Positions 1 through 12,800 of a stretch of DNA of 64,000 nucleotides are shown here, one piece after another. Made by a program: the position numbers and the translations under genes. The notes under the pieces are model-generated. The model searched no databases and was not told the origin of the DNA. It worked only from the letters and a program-made list of their open reading frames with translations. Position 1 is the first letter of the stretch; every line of letters starts with the position of its first letter. The stretch comes from Albugo candida (taxonomy: Eukaryota), in NCBI GenBank assembly GCA_040437565.1, contig JBDOQK010000008.1, positions 62,001 through 126,000 of the forward strand, written 5' to 3'.

Positions 1-239
1 ATGAAAGATGGCGATAGGAGCGTCCGAGATCGCTGAGAAAGTCTGCTTCGATTGATAGTGATTTGCATGCGCGACCACTCACTGCGACAGTGCAATTACA
101 TCAATGCTGTGTAATGACATTAAGATTAGGGATTGCAATAAGGAAATAACTTGAATTTTCCTGTGTGGTGTATCTTCTTCGACTTGCTTCAAAAATAAAT
201 ATCTTATTTTCGCATCACACTTAACCTCTCGTGAGCTTA

Positions 240-1250
240 ATGATGAAGAACGATGAGAATTCCGTATCGTCAACATGTCTTTTGTTAAGGTCCGGTTACG
301 ACTTGCAGACATCAATTCCAATTGTTTTGACAAGCTCCCATTTGAAGCGTGTGCATACTAAGACTCAGTATCTGATCCAAGTTTCTTACATTTTTCATAA
401 TAAAGTTCAATGGACTGTGTACCGACGATTCAAGGAATTTCAGGAGTTATTTGTTACGCTTCGAAATGCATTGAATCAACGGGAAGTGTGTTGTTCTTGC
501 TTGAGCGCGATGCAAGCATATTCCTTTGGTCAGGTTTTTTCCAAGCGAGCTCGTCTTCTACGCTCATTCTCAATCGGTGCAAATAAACAGAGTGATAAGC
601 GAAGAGTTCAGCTGCAAGAATTCTTATATTTTATCGTAACACAGGCAAAACGCTGTCAACAAGATACAATGAGTAGTGGAAAGTGCGTAATTCGTCCATT
701 GTTGAACCAGTTTTTGATGCTAAATACGATGTTATACACAGTTGCGAGCTCCATCGACTCGGCGGTATTGGATTCTCACCTCATTACGTCCACATCGCCG
801 TCGAAAGATGGGAATCGCATGTTGACGTTATATGGAACAATGTGTGAAAGTGTGACGCAAGTATTGGACCCTTCAGAAGAGAGTGACTCGATCTGGTCGA
901 CAGAACAGAAGGAGGTGTCTCATCCTTTAAGAACAAGCTCGGTGCCGTTGCTATTAGCGTATCGAGCGGAAAGATCACCTCTGATACATCGTCGTGATTC
1001 ATTTAGTTCAATTCAAACGAAGAAGTACCAGTCAGATCGCGTAGAGCAATTTGAAAAACTCACAGAGCTCCCAAACAGGCTGAAGCCATTGACGAAAAAA
1101 ACGAGTGGAGCAGCTTTTTGTTCTCGACGAAAAATGAATAAGACTTTTGATACCATATCTAATGAGCACTCATCATTCAAAGAAAATGCGGCTACCATAC
1201 GCCTCTTTCAGTCGCATTCGCTGATAGAATTGCCAACGATTAATGAATAA
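240..1250 (+). CDS. PX (Phox homology) domain protein
   Basis: Single ORF from ATG 240. It has the PX-like pattern 'KTQYLIQV...WTVYRRFKEFQELFVTL...DKRRVQLQEFL...LLNQFLML' and a low-complexity C-terminus. Confidence 0.75.
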   Translation: MMKNDENSVSSTCLLLRSGYDLQTSIPIVLTSSHLKRVHTKTQYLIQVSYIFHNKVQWTVYRRFKEFQELFVTLRNALNQREVCCSCLSAMQAYSFGQVFSKRARLLRSFSIGANKQSDKRRVQLQEFLYFIVTQAKRCQQDTMSSGKCVIRPLLNQFLMLNTMLYTVASSIDSAVLDSHLITSTSPSKDGNRMLTLYGTMCESVTQVLDPSEESDSIWSTEQKEVSHPLRTSSVPLLLAYRAERSPLIHRRDSFSSIQTKKYQSDRVEQFEKLTELPNRLKPLTKKTSGAAFCSRRKMNKTFDTISNEHSSFKENAATIRLFQSHSLIELPTINE

Positions 1251-1304
1251 TACAATTCAAAAATTCGCCTTGAATCGATCAGACTACCCGTGCATGTAGA
1301 AGCA

Positions 1305-3558
1305 CTATCGCATTTCAATAACGCCGTTACCATGTTGTGAGGCACCACTTGAGTTCTTTTCTGAAGGCTGAGAAACTACTGGGTTCTGCTCTGCTTTCTC
1401 CTTTTCCTGTATCAATCAATATGCACAATCAAGCTCAGTACACGTTGAAGAAATGATGGACCAACCGCAATATCGTCCATGATGATCATACACTCCAAAA
1501 TGGCACGAGCGTGTAGTAAGGAATTGTCCCACAGATTGAACAGATGCAATAGAAACGGATATCGCAGACCATTCTCCACCAGCCTGTATACAAATTAGTC
1601 CGAGACAAATTCAGTCTAAAGCATCTAGCACCTACCAAGTAGCATTTTCTTTGGCAAACAAGCGACAAGCTGAAGCGACCATAAAATCCGCCAAAATACT
1701 ACATATCAGATTCTCATCAAGTTGCGAGCTATACTCAGTCCGATCATCTGGACGATACCGATATTTCTTCAAATGGCGATTCCATCGTTTCATGAATTCT
1801 TTTTCTTCCAAAGAGACATCCTCAAATTCATCTAGCAACTACAAGAACGACATGTAAGAACCAGACTTCAAAGCATGATGCGCCTCACCTTCTCGCTCTG
1901 CGTAATGATCCAAGACTCATCAATGTCTTCATCGCTATCGTAGTCTTTCTCATGATCCAGTACAACTGCACCAGTACGAGAATGAAAGTATTGTCGCTTT
2001 TGTAGTTGCTCGTGAAATTCACTTGTCTGTTCTTGTTTCTTGTAATCTTCCAGTTCTTCCAACATGTGAGATTGTTGCGGAAGGAGGCACTCTATCGACT
2101 GTTCTGTGGATCCAAATCGTTTATATCGATCCGGTGCAATATAGGTGTAATAGATTTCGAATGGATTAACTCTATCATCGCCGTCGGACTTTGTCTGCAG
2201 TTTTTCAGGCTGCTGGAAATGAAAATCCTGGCGCTTGACATGGATATGAGGCGTCAAATCGTGCCCAATCTATGCAGATGATCCTAGTATGATAAAGATA
2301 GACCCGCCTTTCATAGTCTGCTTACTTCGAGAATGAATTGCAAGCGGTCATGGGAACACGCTAGATGCGTCAGGAGTCCGCGTAAGCTTGCTGCGAACAT
2401 GTTGCACCATGGACACACAAGATCAGTGCGGAATTCATTCTTCCGGCGTAGGTTTTTATCAAACAGATAATGAAACCACACCTAATTTGTAATCAGCTCA
2501 ACGACTTCAGCTTATTTCAAGGTGACGTACAGATTCATTCACTTTTTGTTCAACTGGTTTTTTCCGCGACTGTATCTCTGTAAATGTATCGTCGGCATTC
2601 CACAGCTTTTCTTTCTGACGCAGTAACTTCGACAGCTTTTTGATTTTATTCACTTTATCCACCGCCTCCCACAGTATTAGAAATTTGCATTTTACCACTA
2701 ATGAATCTGATGTACATACGGAGGGTTAGAAAGAGGCCCCATGCTGATCATATGCGTACTATTGGTAGACGTAGTCATCGACTTCAGATTTACTGCAACG
2801 TTGCTTCGTCGGGGATGGCGAGGATCCAGAACAACTCGACCAGCACATAAAACACGGTTCTGGTCTATATTGTACGAATCGATCTTATCTTCCTTTACCA
2901 TGCTGGTCGTAGAAGGACGTGTAAAGACCAGCGTATTCGCTTTTTTGTCAGATATCGGACAAAGTTCGATCAATTGAATAACCAGTACAAGTATCTGATT
3001 GCGAGCAGCCTTTCGTACGATTTTGGATGGTAGCGAAATACCGCAATTCACTGGCACTAAAATGAGAGATAGTAGCAACTCGTTATTTCAGAGTATTTGC
3101 CTCGTACCTGGAAACGTGCAAGTTGCCAGAATTTCTACACTTTCGATTGATTGATCATTCAGATTCGTTGAGTACATAACAAGTCTCAAGCCGACTTTTT
3201 TGAATTCTTTTCGGAGGAAATGCAGTGTGGAAGTGCTAATTTCTAGCTTCCACGATTGTAACGTTGCTCCTGGGTAGAGCAACTCATCTCCATATACATC
3301 TATGATTTTAGCGGTCTTTTGCTTCATGGCTTGTGCCCAACGGTATTGCAGCGTTCGTGATAGAAACAGCGGTGACTGGATGTGTTTTACCTCAAGCCAT
3401 TTATACAAAGCGGTCACACCGTGATACGCTGCAATGAATTCATTCTCTATTTTTTCTTCGACGCTGTTGTACTTCTTTTGCTCGTCATGTGCCGATGTCG
3501 CAAACTCATTAAGAGTCCGTTTCGACTCGAAAGCGCCTCGCTTGCGCTTCGAACTCAT
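1305..3558 (-). CDS. SUZ12: Polycomb PRC2 subunit SUZ12/EMF2-like (C2H2 zinc finger + VEFS box), multi-exon
   Basis: N-terminal 'PLFLSRTLQY'. The zinc-finger exon at ~2330-2425 reads 'CPWCNMFAASLRGLLTHLACSHDRLQF'. The VEFS box reads 'RQYFHSRTG...DSDEDIDESW...LDEFEDVSLEEKEFMKRWN...FLLHLFNLWDNSLL'. The 3' end is approximate. Confidence 0.9.
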
Positions 3559-3695
3559 TACGGTCAAATAGTGGTCACTATCCGTCAAATTAGGACCAGT
3601 CTTTCAACAAGTTAAAGCAATTTCGAACACGGATCGATTGCTTGCTTTCTAGAAAGTGGCTGCATGACATCAGTATGACAAAGTAGAAACATTCT

Positions 3696-5445
3696 TTACT
3701 CAGGTTTACTCTTCCAAATGAAAGTTTGTCTTCTTCCCGCGAGTGCCTTCGTTATCTTGAAAGAATTGGAGTTCATCTTTAAAGGGTAAAAAGTAGCGTG
3801 AACACAATCACATTTCTGTTTAAAACACAATTGTGGAGAAATTCCGAATCCCCATAACCAAAGCTCTCCCTTGGAAGACAGTGCAAGAGAATGTCGATCT
3901 CCAGCATCAACAAATTCGATCCTTTCGCCTTTTAATTCGCGCACAACTTTAGGCTCGAAACTATCCCAGGCATCGTAGTGCCCTATGACGAATTATAAGC
4001 AAACGCTGTATTTCTGATACAACAAGCTACCAAGCTGCCCATAAGCTCCGCATCCCCAAGACCAAACATTCGACATCTCTATAAAGTGGAGAGTTAAACG
4101 AGGGCATTGAGAAGTTCACGTACCTGAACGAGCGAGGCTATGTGCTCCTCCAGCACTGATATTAATAATTTTCTACCGGGAAGAAACTTTCATTATTTCC
4201 GTCCCTCATATATCGAATTCCCTACTTTGTCGACGAATGTTTCGATAACTGTCGGGTGTAAGCGGTCCTTCTCATCCTCGTGTCCAAGACGACTACGATA
4301 GCCAATAGTATCATCAATGACCGTGCACCTCCATACTCACAGTCAACCTACCCGTTCTTACCACATCCCCATGAATATACTTGAGAAATAGAGTTTGCTC
4401 CGGCTACGATCGCGAGAGAATGGAAGTCTCCAGCAGCGATCTCAATGACTCCAGTCAATGCAGGAATACGCATTGGTGTGCATTGATCCTGCAATGTTCC
4501 TTTGCAGTGTTTGTGACGAAGATACCCAATACGTATCACTGCTTGACGTACCGATTCCGCATTGACCATGCAAATTAGCTCCAAAACCATACACCGTACC
4601 AGTATCAGTGAGCACAAGCACATGCTCAAATCCCGCGGTCATTTTACAAATCCGAATCGCGTCAGGAAAAATGACAGGCTGAGGAGTAGTCAATGACTTG
4701 GCTGCTCCATTTCCTAAGCCTAACACGCCACGATTGCCTCGACCCCAAGAGTATACTACCGAGTAATATGTTGTAATGTGATAAGGCGGTCGTGAGTTAC
4801 GCACATTCATAAACGGGATCCTCCGCTTTGTCTATCGCTGTAGTAGGCTGAGAAATGCCGCAACTTGTATTTCTGTGCCTCGACTTGGCCGAACTATCTG
4901 CCAAAACTGTTAAGTGAATAAAGAAACCGCATTGTTAAACCTTACCGACAAGTGCGAAGGATGCGAATGCTGAGGTGCAAATTGATGCGGATGGAGATGC
5001 CGAACTAATGTGCCGTACAGCCAACAAGTTTGCTTGATTCTCTGCCTTAGAGCATCCAGTAGATTCACATTTGATATCTCCACTCGAAAATACGTCGCCT
5101 GAAGCTGTACGACCATTTCTATTGCGTCATCGTTTGGCATGTTGAATGTCTTACTCACCGCTAAGCGTCAGAAGATGATGTCTCCCACAAGCGGCCTGCA
5201 GGCAAATATAAAAAGTGGAACTCCGCTCCACGCATTCATCATACAGTGGAGTATGTGCCGATGTCAAACTCGATGCATTTGTGGCAATAACTGTCTGCAT
5301 TGGCGGTCACATGAAGACTTTCAGATGGTGCTGGTGCATGCTCATTCGCTATCTGTATGGAAATGAGCAATCAACCACAAAGTCTAAATTGATGTTTACA
5401 GACAGATTTGCATTGTAAGCCGCATTTCATTTTCGTGGAGGGCAT
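3696..5445 (-). CDS. RCC1-repeat beta-propeller protein, multi-exon
   Basis: Repeated RCC1 motifs: 'AACGRHHLLTLS/ASGDVFSSG', 'VYSWGRGNRGVLGLG', 'TAGFEHVLVLTDTGTVYGFGANLHGQCG', 'AAGDFHSLA', 'DAGDRHSLALSSKGELWLWG'. The start codon is uncertain. Confidence 0.8.
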
Positions 5446-5739
5446 TGGATTTCTTATTGTTTTCAAATTTGATTCAATTCGGAGTCGTTGTCGAACACTG
5501 TCATTCACGTTTTCGAGTCTTTGCATTGCATTGCCTCTGTTTGAACCTCTCGCTATGGTCATAAAGAACGGCGTCTTTGGGTAATGAAATGATTTCGCGG
5601 AATGGATTCGACAGAGATGCAGTCTATTTATATTTATATTTCAATGTGCTGCGAGTTTATCAGTTGCATTATGAAGCCTTCCATCAACGAATTGACAAAG
5701 ACAATATGTTTCATTCGAATAAAAAAAAAACTGGAAGTC

Positions 5740-7210
5740 ATGAAACTCACCTTTGACGACGTATCGGCTTTGGAAGACGCCATTGGGGTTTACAAAGGTG
5801 TCTCAAGTGCCATGTCTTCTCATTAGAGCTAAAACATCCTCGCTGTAGTAAAGCTTCCGGTGGGCATTACATCTCCGCCACCGAATGAAAAGATCGCTTT
5901 CATCCATGAGCACCTCCACGCGTGCTACACACTACCTTTAACGTATGAGAAGTACCTTTTTATCCTTCAGACGTTTACAAAGAACGTCGGCTCTGAAAGA
6001 GCATTCCTATTCCTTCCCCGATGCCTTTTTGTCGCCGTACGTACCAATACAGTAATGATTTGCTTCATTGCTTCATTAGTTGAGAGCTTTTGTGTGGTGA
6101 TAGCTCGCACCCAACCGGAGCGGAGAGATTAATGGGTTTTCGGTGCTTTCAGCTGTTCATCAGCAAAATCGATCACTCTATCTTTTGCAATGGCTTTATG
6201 AACTGACCTCCGACCGCATCGACTGGATTCCGACACAATTTTTGATTGATGGAATTCAGTGCAGAATACAGACTTCTCGAGGGACACATTTGAGCGTTCT
6301 TGAGGAGTTGGATGATGATTTCCATCCGTTTTATATACTTATCTCCACACGTATGCTTCTCCTTCGTTATGTATTAAAACTCGGGTCGCAATCAGAATGC
6401 GCTCAGCGGGAGTTGGGAATACTTATTGACGATCTGATCAAGTGTCAACTATTGCATGAGCTTATCATGATCACGGAAGTATCGCTTTCTCCATTTTACA
6501 GCTTGCAGGAGAATGCTTTCCATCCGCTTCGAATTCGCGGAATACATCGACAGTATTTGCAGCTTGACAAAGATAAGAATGGAATGCTTTCAGAGACCGA
6601 AATACTTTGTGGATACGGAAAATGCAAAGCCTTTCAGCCGGATCATGTGTATGATTTGACGCCAGTGTTTGTCCATCAGTTATTCGAGGAGTCCAGGACG
6701 TTTCCACCTAACAACGAAATGGATTACAAGACATATATCGACTTTACGATTTACATGATGGACGATACGTCATTGTCATCATTAAGGGTACACTCTGCTT
6801 TTTATTGAAAACGTTGCGTCTGAGCGGAAATGGTTCAGTTCTTTTGGACGGTCTTGGACGTACACAAACAAGGCTTTCTATGCTTTGAAACTATTGATCT
6901 ATTTCTCCGAGACATTGTCGAGAAGAGTATTTGTGAGGATCGCGATGAGCATGAAGAGGGTCAGGAGGGACACAAGGATCGTAACAAAAGTATACAACAG
7001 TTGCGTGTAAGTATCGAGGGATTGTGTTTCACCGTTCCATTACGATTAATTGAAGCATTTTAGATGCAGGTTTTTGACGCAGTGAATCCGGTGAAGAAAG
7101 ATCGTATTACTTGGCAAGACCTAAAGAGATCCAAATTGGGACCCTTAGTCGTACGAGTACTTGTGGATTATCGGTCGTATCGGTCGTTTATTGAACGCTC
7201 GAGCTTCTGA
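5740..7210 (+). CDS. PP2A regulatory subunit B'' gamma-like (PPP2R3C/FASS/TON2 family), EF-hand, multi-exon
   Basis: 'QYLQLDKDKNGMLSETEI', 'MDYKTYIDF', 'FFWTVLDVHKQGFL', and a last exon 'VFDAVNPVKKDRITWQDLKRSKLG...VLVDY' ending TGA at 7208-7210. Confidence 0.8.
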
Positions 7211-7225
7211 AGAAAACGAGCGTTG

Positions 7226-8407
7226 TAGCGTCCTCGCATCTCATTCCGTGTAGCTATCGGCTCTGCGCTCGGGTAGCGGTGCCATTGACATGGCTTTTTA
7301 TTGTGAGCTTCGAGAGCCATTTCCATTTTGGGTTGCATCTTCTCGAGGAGATGGATCGTTAACCGTGAAATTCCGGGGTCAGACTCATATCTTACGAGAA
7401 GTAAAAGTTCGGCAGTGGTGTCGTCATATACAATTCGATATATTCACGTGAAGTATTGGCTTAAAATATGAGAACGTTTATGGTGACCCAATATCAATCG
7501 CTTTGAAGAGCTAAGCATCCATTGTTGTTTCGTCCTATCGTTTTATGCTCGTTGTCGTCTAAAGCGCTATTTGCATCAAGATTATACTTTGCTAGCGCCA
7601 AGCCGCAAGATACGGTCCATGCGGAACATATGGTTGAACTTTACATGAAGGCTTTTGATGAAGGCTTGAAAGTTCATGAATCCGCAGTAAGAAGCTGTTG
7701 CTCGAATTGCCGAGGGTGTACTAAGCCTTTAAACCGCATCCTGACCCGATATCGAAGGATCTCACGNNNNNNNNNNNNNNNNNNNNNNNNNNNNNNNNNN
7801 NNNNNNNNNNNNNNNNNNNNNNNNNNNNNNNNNNNNNNNNNNNNNNNNNNNNNNNNNNNNNNNNNNTAGCGTCCTCGCATCTCATTCCGTGTAGCTATCG
7901 GCTCTGCGCTCGGGTAGCGGTGCCATTGACATGGCTTTTTATTGTGAGCTTCGAGAGCCATTTCCATTTTGGGTTGCATCTTCTCGAGGAGATGGATCGT
8001 TAACCGTGAAATTCCGGGGTCAGACTCATATCTTACGAGAAGTAAAAGTTCGGCAGTGGTGTCGTCATATACAATTCGATATATTCACGTGAAGTATTGG
8101 CTTAAAATATGAGAACGTTTATGGTGACCCAATATCAATCGCTTTGAAGAGCTAAGCATCCATTGTTGTTTCGTCCTATCGTTTTATGCTCGTTGTCGTC
8201 TAAAGCGCTATTTGCATCAAGATTATACTTTGCTAGCGCCAAGCCGCAAGATACGGTCCATGCGGAACATATGGTTGAACTTTACATGAAGGCTTTTGAT
8301 GAAGGCTTGAAAGTTCATGAATCCGCAGTAAGAAGCTGTTGCTCGAATTGCCGAGGGTGTACTAAGCCTTTAAACCGCATCCTGACCCGATATCGAAGGA
8401 TCTCACG
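7226..8407. repeat. 541-bp direct duplication flanking a 100-N gap (7226-7766 = 7867-8407), probable assembly overlap artefact
   Basis: The copies appear identical and abut the gap. The duplicated ORFs at 7522 and 8163 are offset by 641. Confidence 0.85.
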
Positions 8408-8474
8408 TCATCAGCCCACGCAGATGCCTTTATCAGCAAAATTGGCGTCGGCCAAAAGTGAGATTTCCTTGTAG
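8163..8474 (+). CDS. Possible small hypothetical protein (needs an upstream ATG exon)
   Basis: 103-aa open frame with a basic, hydroxylated N-terminus and a CCxxCxxC stretch. It converges on the next gene. The ORF begins at TTG and no family was recognised. Confidence 0.25.
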   Translation: MLFRPIVLCSLSSKALFASRLYFASAKPQDTVHAEHMVELYMKAFDEGLKVHESAVRSCCSNCRGCTKPLNRILTRYRRISRHQPTQMPLSAKLASAKSEISL

Positions 8475-8510
8475 TTTGAGGAGTGGAGTCAATCTTCTTT
8501 ATTCTGAGTA

Positions 8511-9385
8511 CTACATTGCATGCCTCGGGTCAGGCAGTTTGCCTCTGAACTCCATTTGAAAGTCTTGCGCCTGGTAGCGGTACAATCAACAGATTGAGTT
8601 CGTGTATATAACTAATTCGTCAAAAGTTTAGGAATAGAACCTTTACAGCATTGGGGACGCGAGACGGATCATACGTCTCCTTCTAAGTTCTACACTGATG
8701 ATATATCATCTCCCCGTAATGCGAATTCGGTATTGGAATCACAAAATACGAAACGAAAAGCACTGTTGTTTTGGTATCGTATCGTACAAAAGTGCCAACG
8801 ACATTCTTATAGACATGGTCGCAGTTCCTGCGCAATTTCACTAGCAAGCGTAGCGTTGAAGGGATGGTAATGACTTACAAAAAAGTCCCCGCAAGCGGTT
8901 CCCAGCAATAAGTGAGGCTTTGAGTGACGATTGAATCGATTTCTGATAGAAGACTCGACTCTATTCGAGAAAGGAAACGTTCACACGCGACGTAGCCATT
9001 AGTAAAGAGTGAGATCTCTTCATTCGTACACGCATGGTCGTTTTGAACAAGCCATTCTATCAGACAGATAATGAGACGGAATAGCGTGCTCCACATCACT
9101 CCAAGCTGATGACTATTCTTCAAGCTTGGCTTCATACAGCGCCACATTGACGCTGACGAGAACACTTTCATCTCAGTCACATTCTCACTGATGACCACAC
9201 CACCAAATCGAGTAGACACCTCTGCAGCTTCAATAGATAACATTAGGCGGTAACGCACAAATCTCTCACTGTATGTGCATCTCATTAAGGCTGTTCTTAA
9301 ACTCAGCGGTATACCTCGACCTAAAGACTGTGAGCATTCTCTCCAGGTATGCTACCAAGGTCTCGACATTGCAATACGCGTCCAT
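8511..9385 (-). CDS. Hypothetical protein, multi-exon
   Basis: ATG 9385 'MDAYCNVETLVAYLERML...' is followed by a GT-AG intron and the open exon at 8875-9225 ('EVSTRFGG...WEPLAGTF'). The junction phase and 3' exons are tentative and no family was recognised. Confidence 0.4.
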
Positions 9386-9846
9386 TCACTCTATTTCAGG
9401 AGCAGCTTTGCAATAGTCCGTCTAATATGAGCACACATGAAGGTATGACACCTATTTCCTACTTGGCCAGTCGATAATCTATAGCTCCACAAACACCAGA
9501 GAGACCAAATGCATTTAGAGATATAATGACACCGTTGCAACCGCTATCCATCACGCAATACTGGATGCCTGATCATTTATGCAAAGTGGGTGGACGCCTT
9601 CGTACTTGAGTTTCGTCTCACACTTTTACATCGTACATTTAGGTCTGTTACGATTGCGCGACTTCTTTCACGCTATTTCGAAGACGACATCATTGTCGTC
9701 TATGCGGACAAATATTTTGCTACGAATGCAGCGATCACTTTGTCGATCCCGTTCCACACGGTTTTACCCCCGAAAGCGGCCTCATTCGAATTTGTAACTT
9801 TTGTTTTCGGTACATTCACGCGAAAAATACGACAAATGTATCGGAT

Positions 9847-12800
9847 ATGAATTCTGTTGATGAAAAAGCAAAAATGTCAATCGCTGAAGATCCTCACGAA
9901 AGCTCAGAAGTCTCTCGGTCTGGAATGGAAGAAGCGACGAGAAAGTCGTGTGTGGTACAGGCAGTTGATTCTGATTCAGCAATGTATCCTCGGCTTCCTT
10001 CCCCGTTTTCCGAATTCGACGATACAACACAAGAAGATGTCACAGGGATTGATATGTCGCAACAGAATGAGATATTTCCCGTTATTCCACACATTGATCG
10101 AGCTGAAGCCGCGAGTGCATCACCTTTCTCGAGTCGCTCGGAGCCACGTAGACGAGATGTGATTCGTCGCAAGAATAGACGAAGATCAAGCACAGAGCTT
10201 TTGCATGCATTAGAACGGAATAGCTCGATTATGGCCGAGGATACTGGCGTATCTTCCCCCAAAATGTCAAAACTGCGGGCTGAAAAATTACAAAGTGAAA
10301 AACTGAAATTGTTCAATGCGCATATGGTACGTTATATCACACAAAACTCTGACGATATGTTGCTCATTACCTCGTGATCCATAGCATTACGCGCACAGAC
10401 GCATTCGTGTGTATTTGGAATCTCTTTTTGATGCTTCGGACCGCGCTCTGTTGGATACTAATCAAGTTCAGAACTCGGAGGCTGTGACTATCCTCTCCGA
10501 AGCAACCTTTTTCACATTGAATCACATTCTCGAAAGTCTCAAACACCGCAATATAAATGGCTTCAATTATGAAAACCTGGTCAAGGTAAAATGCATTCCG
10601 TCAACCACAAGTGAGATCCACTCGAAATTCAGTTGGCGTGCGAATAATCACAGTCTTCAGTGGTACGCTGGAACAGTGTGTAGGAAGCATTTGTGCCACA
10701 AACAAATGGCACGCGAAATGCAAAATCCACGCGTTTTACTTTTGGCTGGAGGGATCAGTTACGATCGGACATTCAGTACTGGACGATTGACGTCTTTAGA
10801 TACTTTGCTGGAGCAAGAGCGTAGTTATATGAGCATATTAGTCGGAAAAATCTCTGCGCTGCAGCCCGATTTGATATTTGTGGGAAGAACTGTATCTCGC
10901 GTTGCACAGGAAATGCTACGCGAACGCGGCATTTCAGTCGTTCTCAATGTGAAGCGCTCGACACTTGAGCGTATTGCACGACACACTGGCGCCAAAGTGT
11001 TATCATCGACCGATCACGTAGACCAAGCAGATCCAAATCACGTAATTGGAACATGCAACAGCTTTGTCGCGAGGACGGTGACACCGAGCGCGAGTGCGAC
11101 ATCGAAAATTTCTCCCGAGAATGGAGGTATCAATGCCCAGCGACCGCGAGTCGAGACATATCTTTACTTAGATGGCTGTCACCCTCACGATGGGTGCACA
11201 ATCACAATCTCGGGGCCGGAACGCAACATGTTGGAAATGCTCAAACGATCTTTGTACCACATCCTGCGCATCGCGTATGAGATTCTGCTTGACGCTAAAA
11301 TATCATCCGATTTGTGTATACATCCTCAGTTTCTGGAGCATGTTGGCGTATCTGGACGAAATGGACAATTGATTACGTGCACGTGCTGCCATCTTCGCGT
11401 GAATGATGACGGAAGCGGTAAGCAGCCAAAGTATGTGCAATGTATGTTTGCGAGAGAGTTAGAGCTACAAATCGAACAAGCTGGTGATATGGCGCTGGGG
11501 AACTTTATCTTGCAGGAAATCAATGGCCTGGACAAGAAATGCCCGGTACATTTGCGTCTCGTATTTCGAACTGTATTGTATTGATACTGAGCGCTGATTG
11601 TAGAACAACAAGTGTGCGTACTCAATGGCTGACCATATAAAAAGCTTCACGGCGGGATCGCGCACTCTTGTCGTCTCGTTCGAACAAGTTCCAGATGCCA
11701 ATGCGTCGAGTCTACCGTCTTCAGAACTCGTTACGATGGAATCGAGTCGACAAGAAAGTGGAGAACCCAACTTGTCCAAGCAAGAGATCGATTCGAATGT
11801 ACCGCTGGTGTCATTTTGGAGATGGTGTCAGCAATGTGACACTTTGGTAACTCCAGTCACGCTCTTGACTAGCGCGTTTTTGTACAAATATTCGCTGGCT
11901 CGTTTTCTGCTGATTTGTTTCATGGACCAAAGCGAGTATAAAGTTTGGATTTCCGATCAGCTGGAGTATACGCAGTGTCCGCACACTTGTGAGCAGCATG
12001 TCATGTTCTTCAGCACAGGACGATGGGTACTGCGTTGGGATGTATGGCGTCGGGAATTACTCGAGCTCGGTGGAGTATGCAATCGGTCTATTGTCGAGCA
12101 GAGACGTTTTGACACTGACAATATGACTTGGAAGATGAAGAGGATATATAACAGCATGACTGAGCAACGTCAAAAGCTTGAGTTGGCTCTTACAGAATTG
12201 GAAATTGAAATGAAAAGCAAAGTGAGACATCTTTGCGACTTTATCGACTCACTGAGCGAGAATGAAGCAATTCGGGCTCAATGTTTGCTTGAAGTGGTCT
12301 GCATGCAAAAGACCATTCATATGAATCAGTTGTTGTTTCGGTACAGAATTGATAGCATTTTTTGTGAAGAAGAAGTACTTTCGTGGCCGCTTCTTCGACG
12401 TCTGCGGAAGGCATATAATACCGTCAAAGTGGACATGTACAAGAGCGCATGTAGACAATGTTACGCCTTTGTGCAACTTCAAAAAATGATCAAGTATCAT
12501 ATCTCGGCACTTTGTACCTCCAGCTCTTTTTCTTCATCGTCACTTCCAGCAAAATTTGGTGTTTTCCTTCAGCTGATGCAATCACAAGCGCATATCCTTC
12601 GTTCTCCGCTGGTATCTCCACGAACTCGGTCGGAAAAATGCAATGTGACAGCTGCCTCTGTTGACGAGCTGTTGGATGAATCGAGCATCTTACCGCTTGC
12701 GCAATCTGAGCATATGTTGCATATTGTCGATGCAGAGTCGGACGACAAGGAGCGTCCGCTAATGGTCGAAAATACGCAGTCCACTGAGATTTTGTATGAG

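Noticed and set aside
1-68. Possible start of a minus-strand gene running off the window (ATG at 68)
   Set aside because: Only 22 codons are visible, which is too little to support.
7226-8407. Tandem duplication with two copies of a small ORF
   Set aside because: Identical-looking copies abut a 100-N gap, the same pattern as the other artefactual overlaps.
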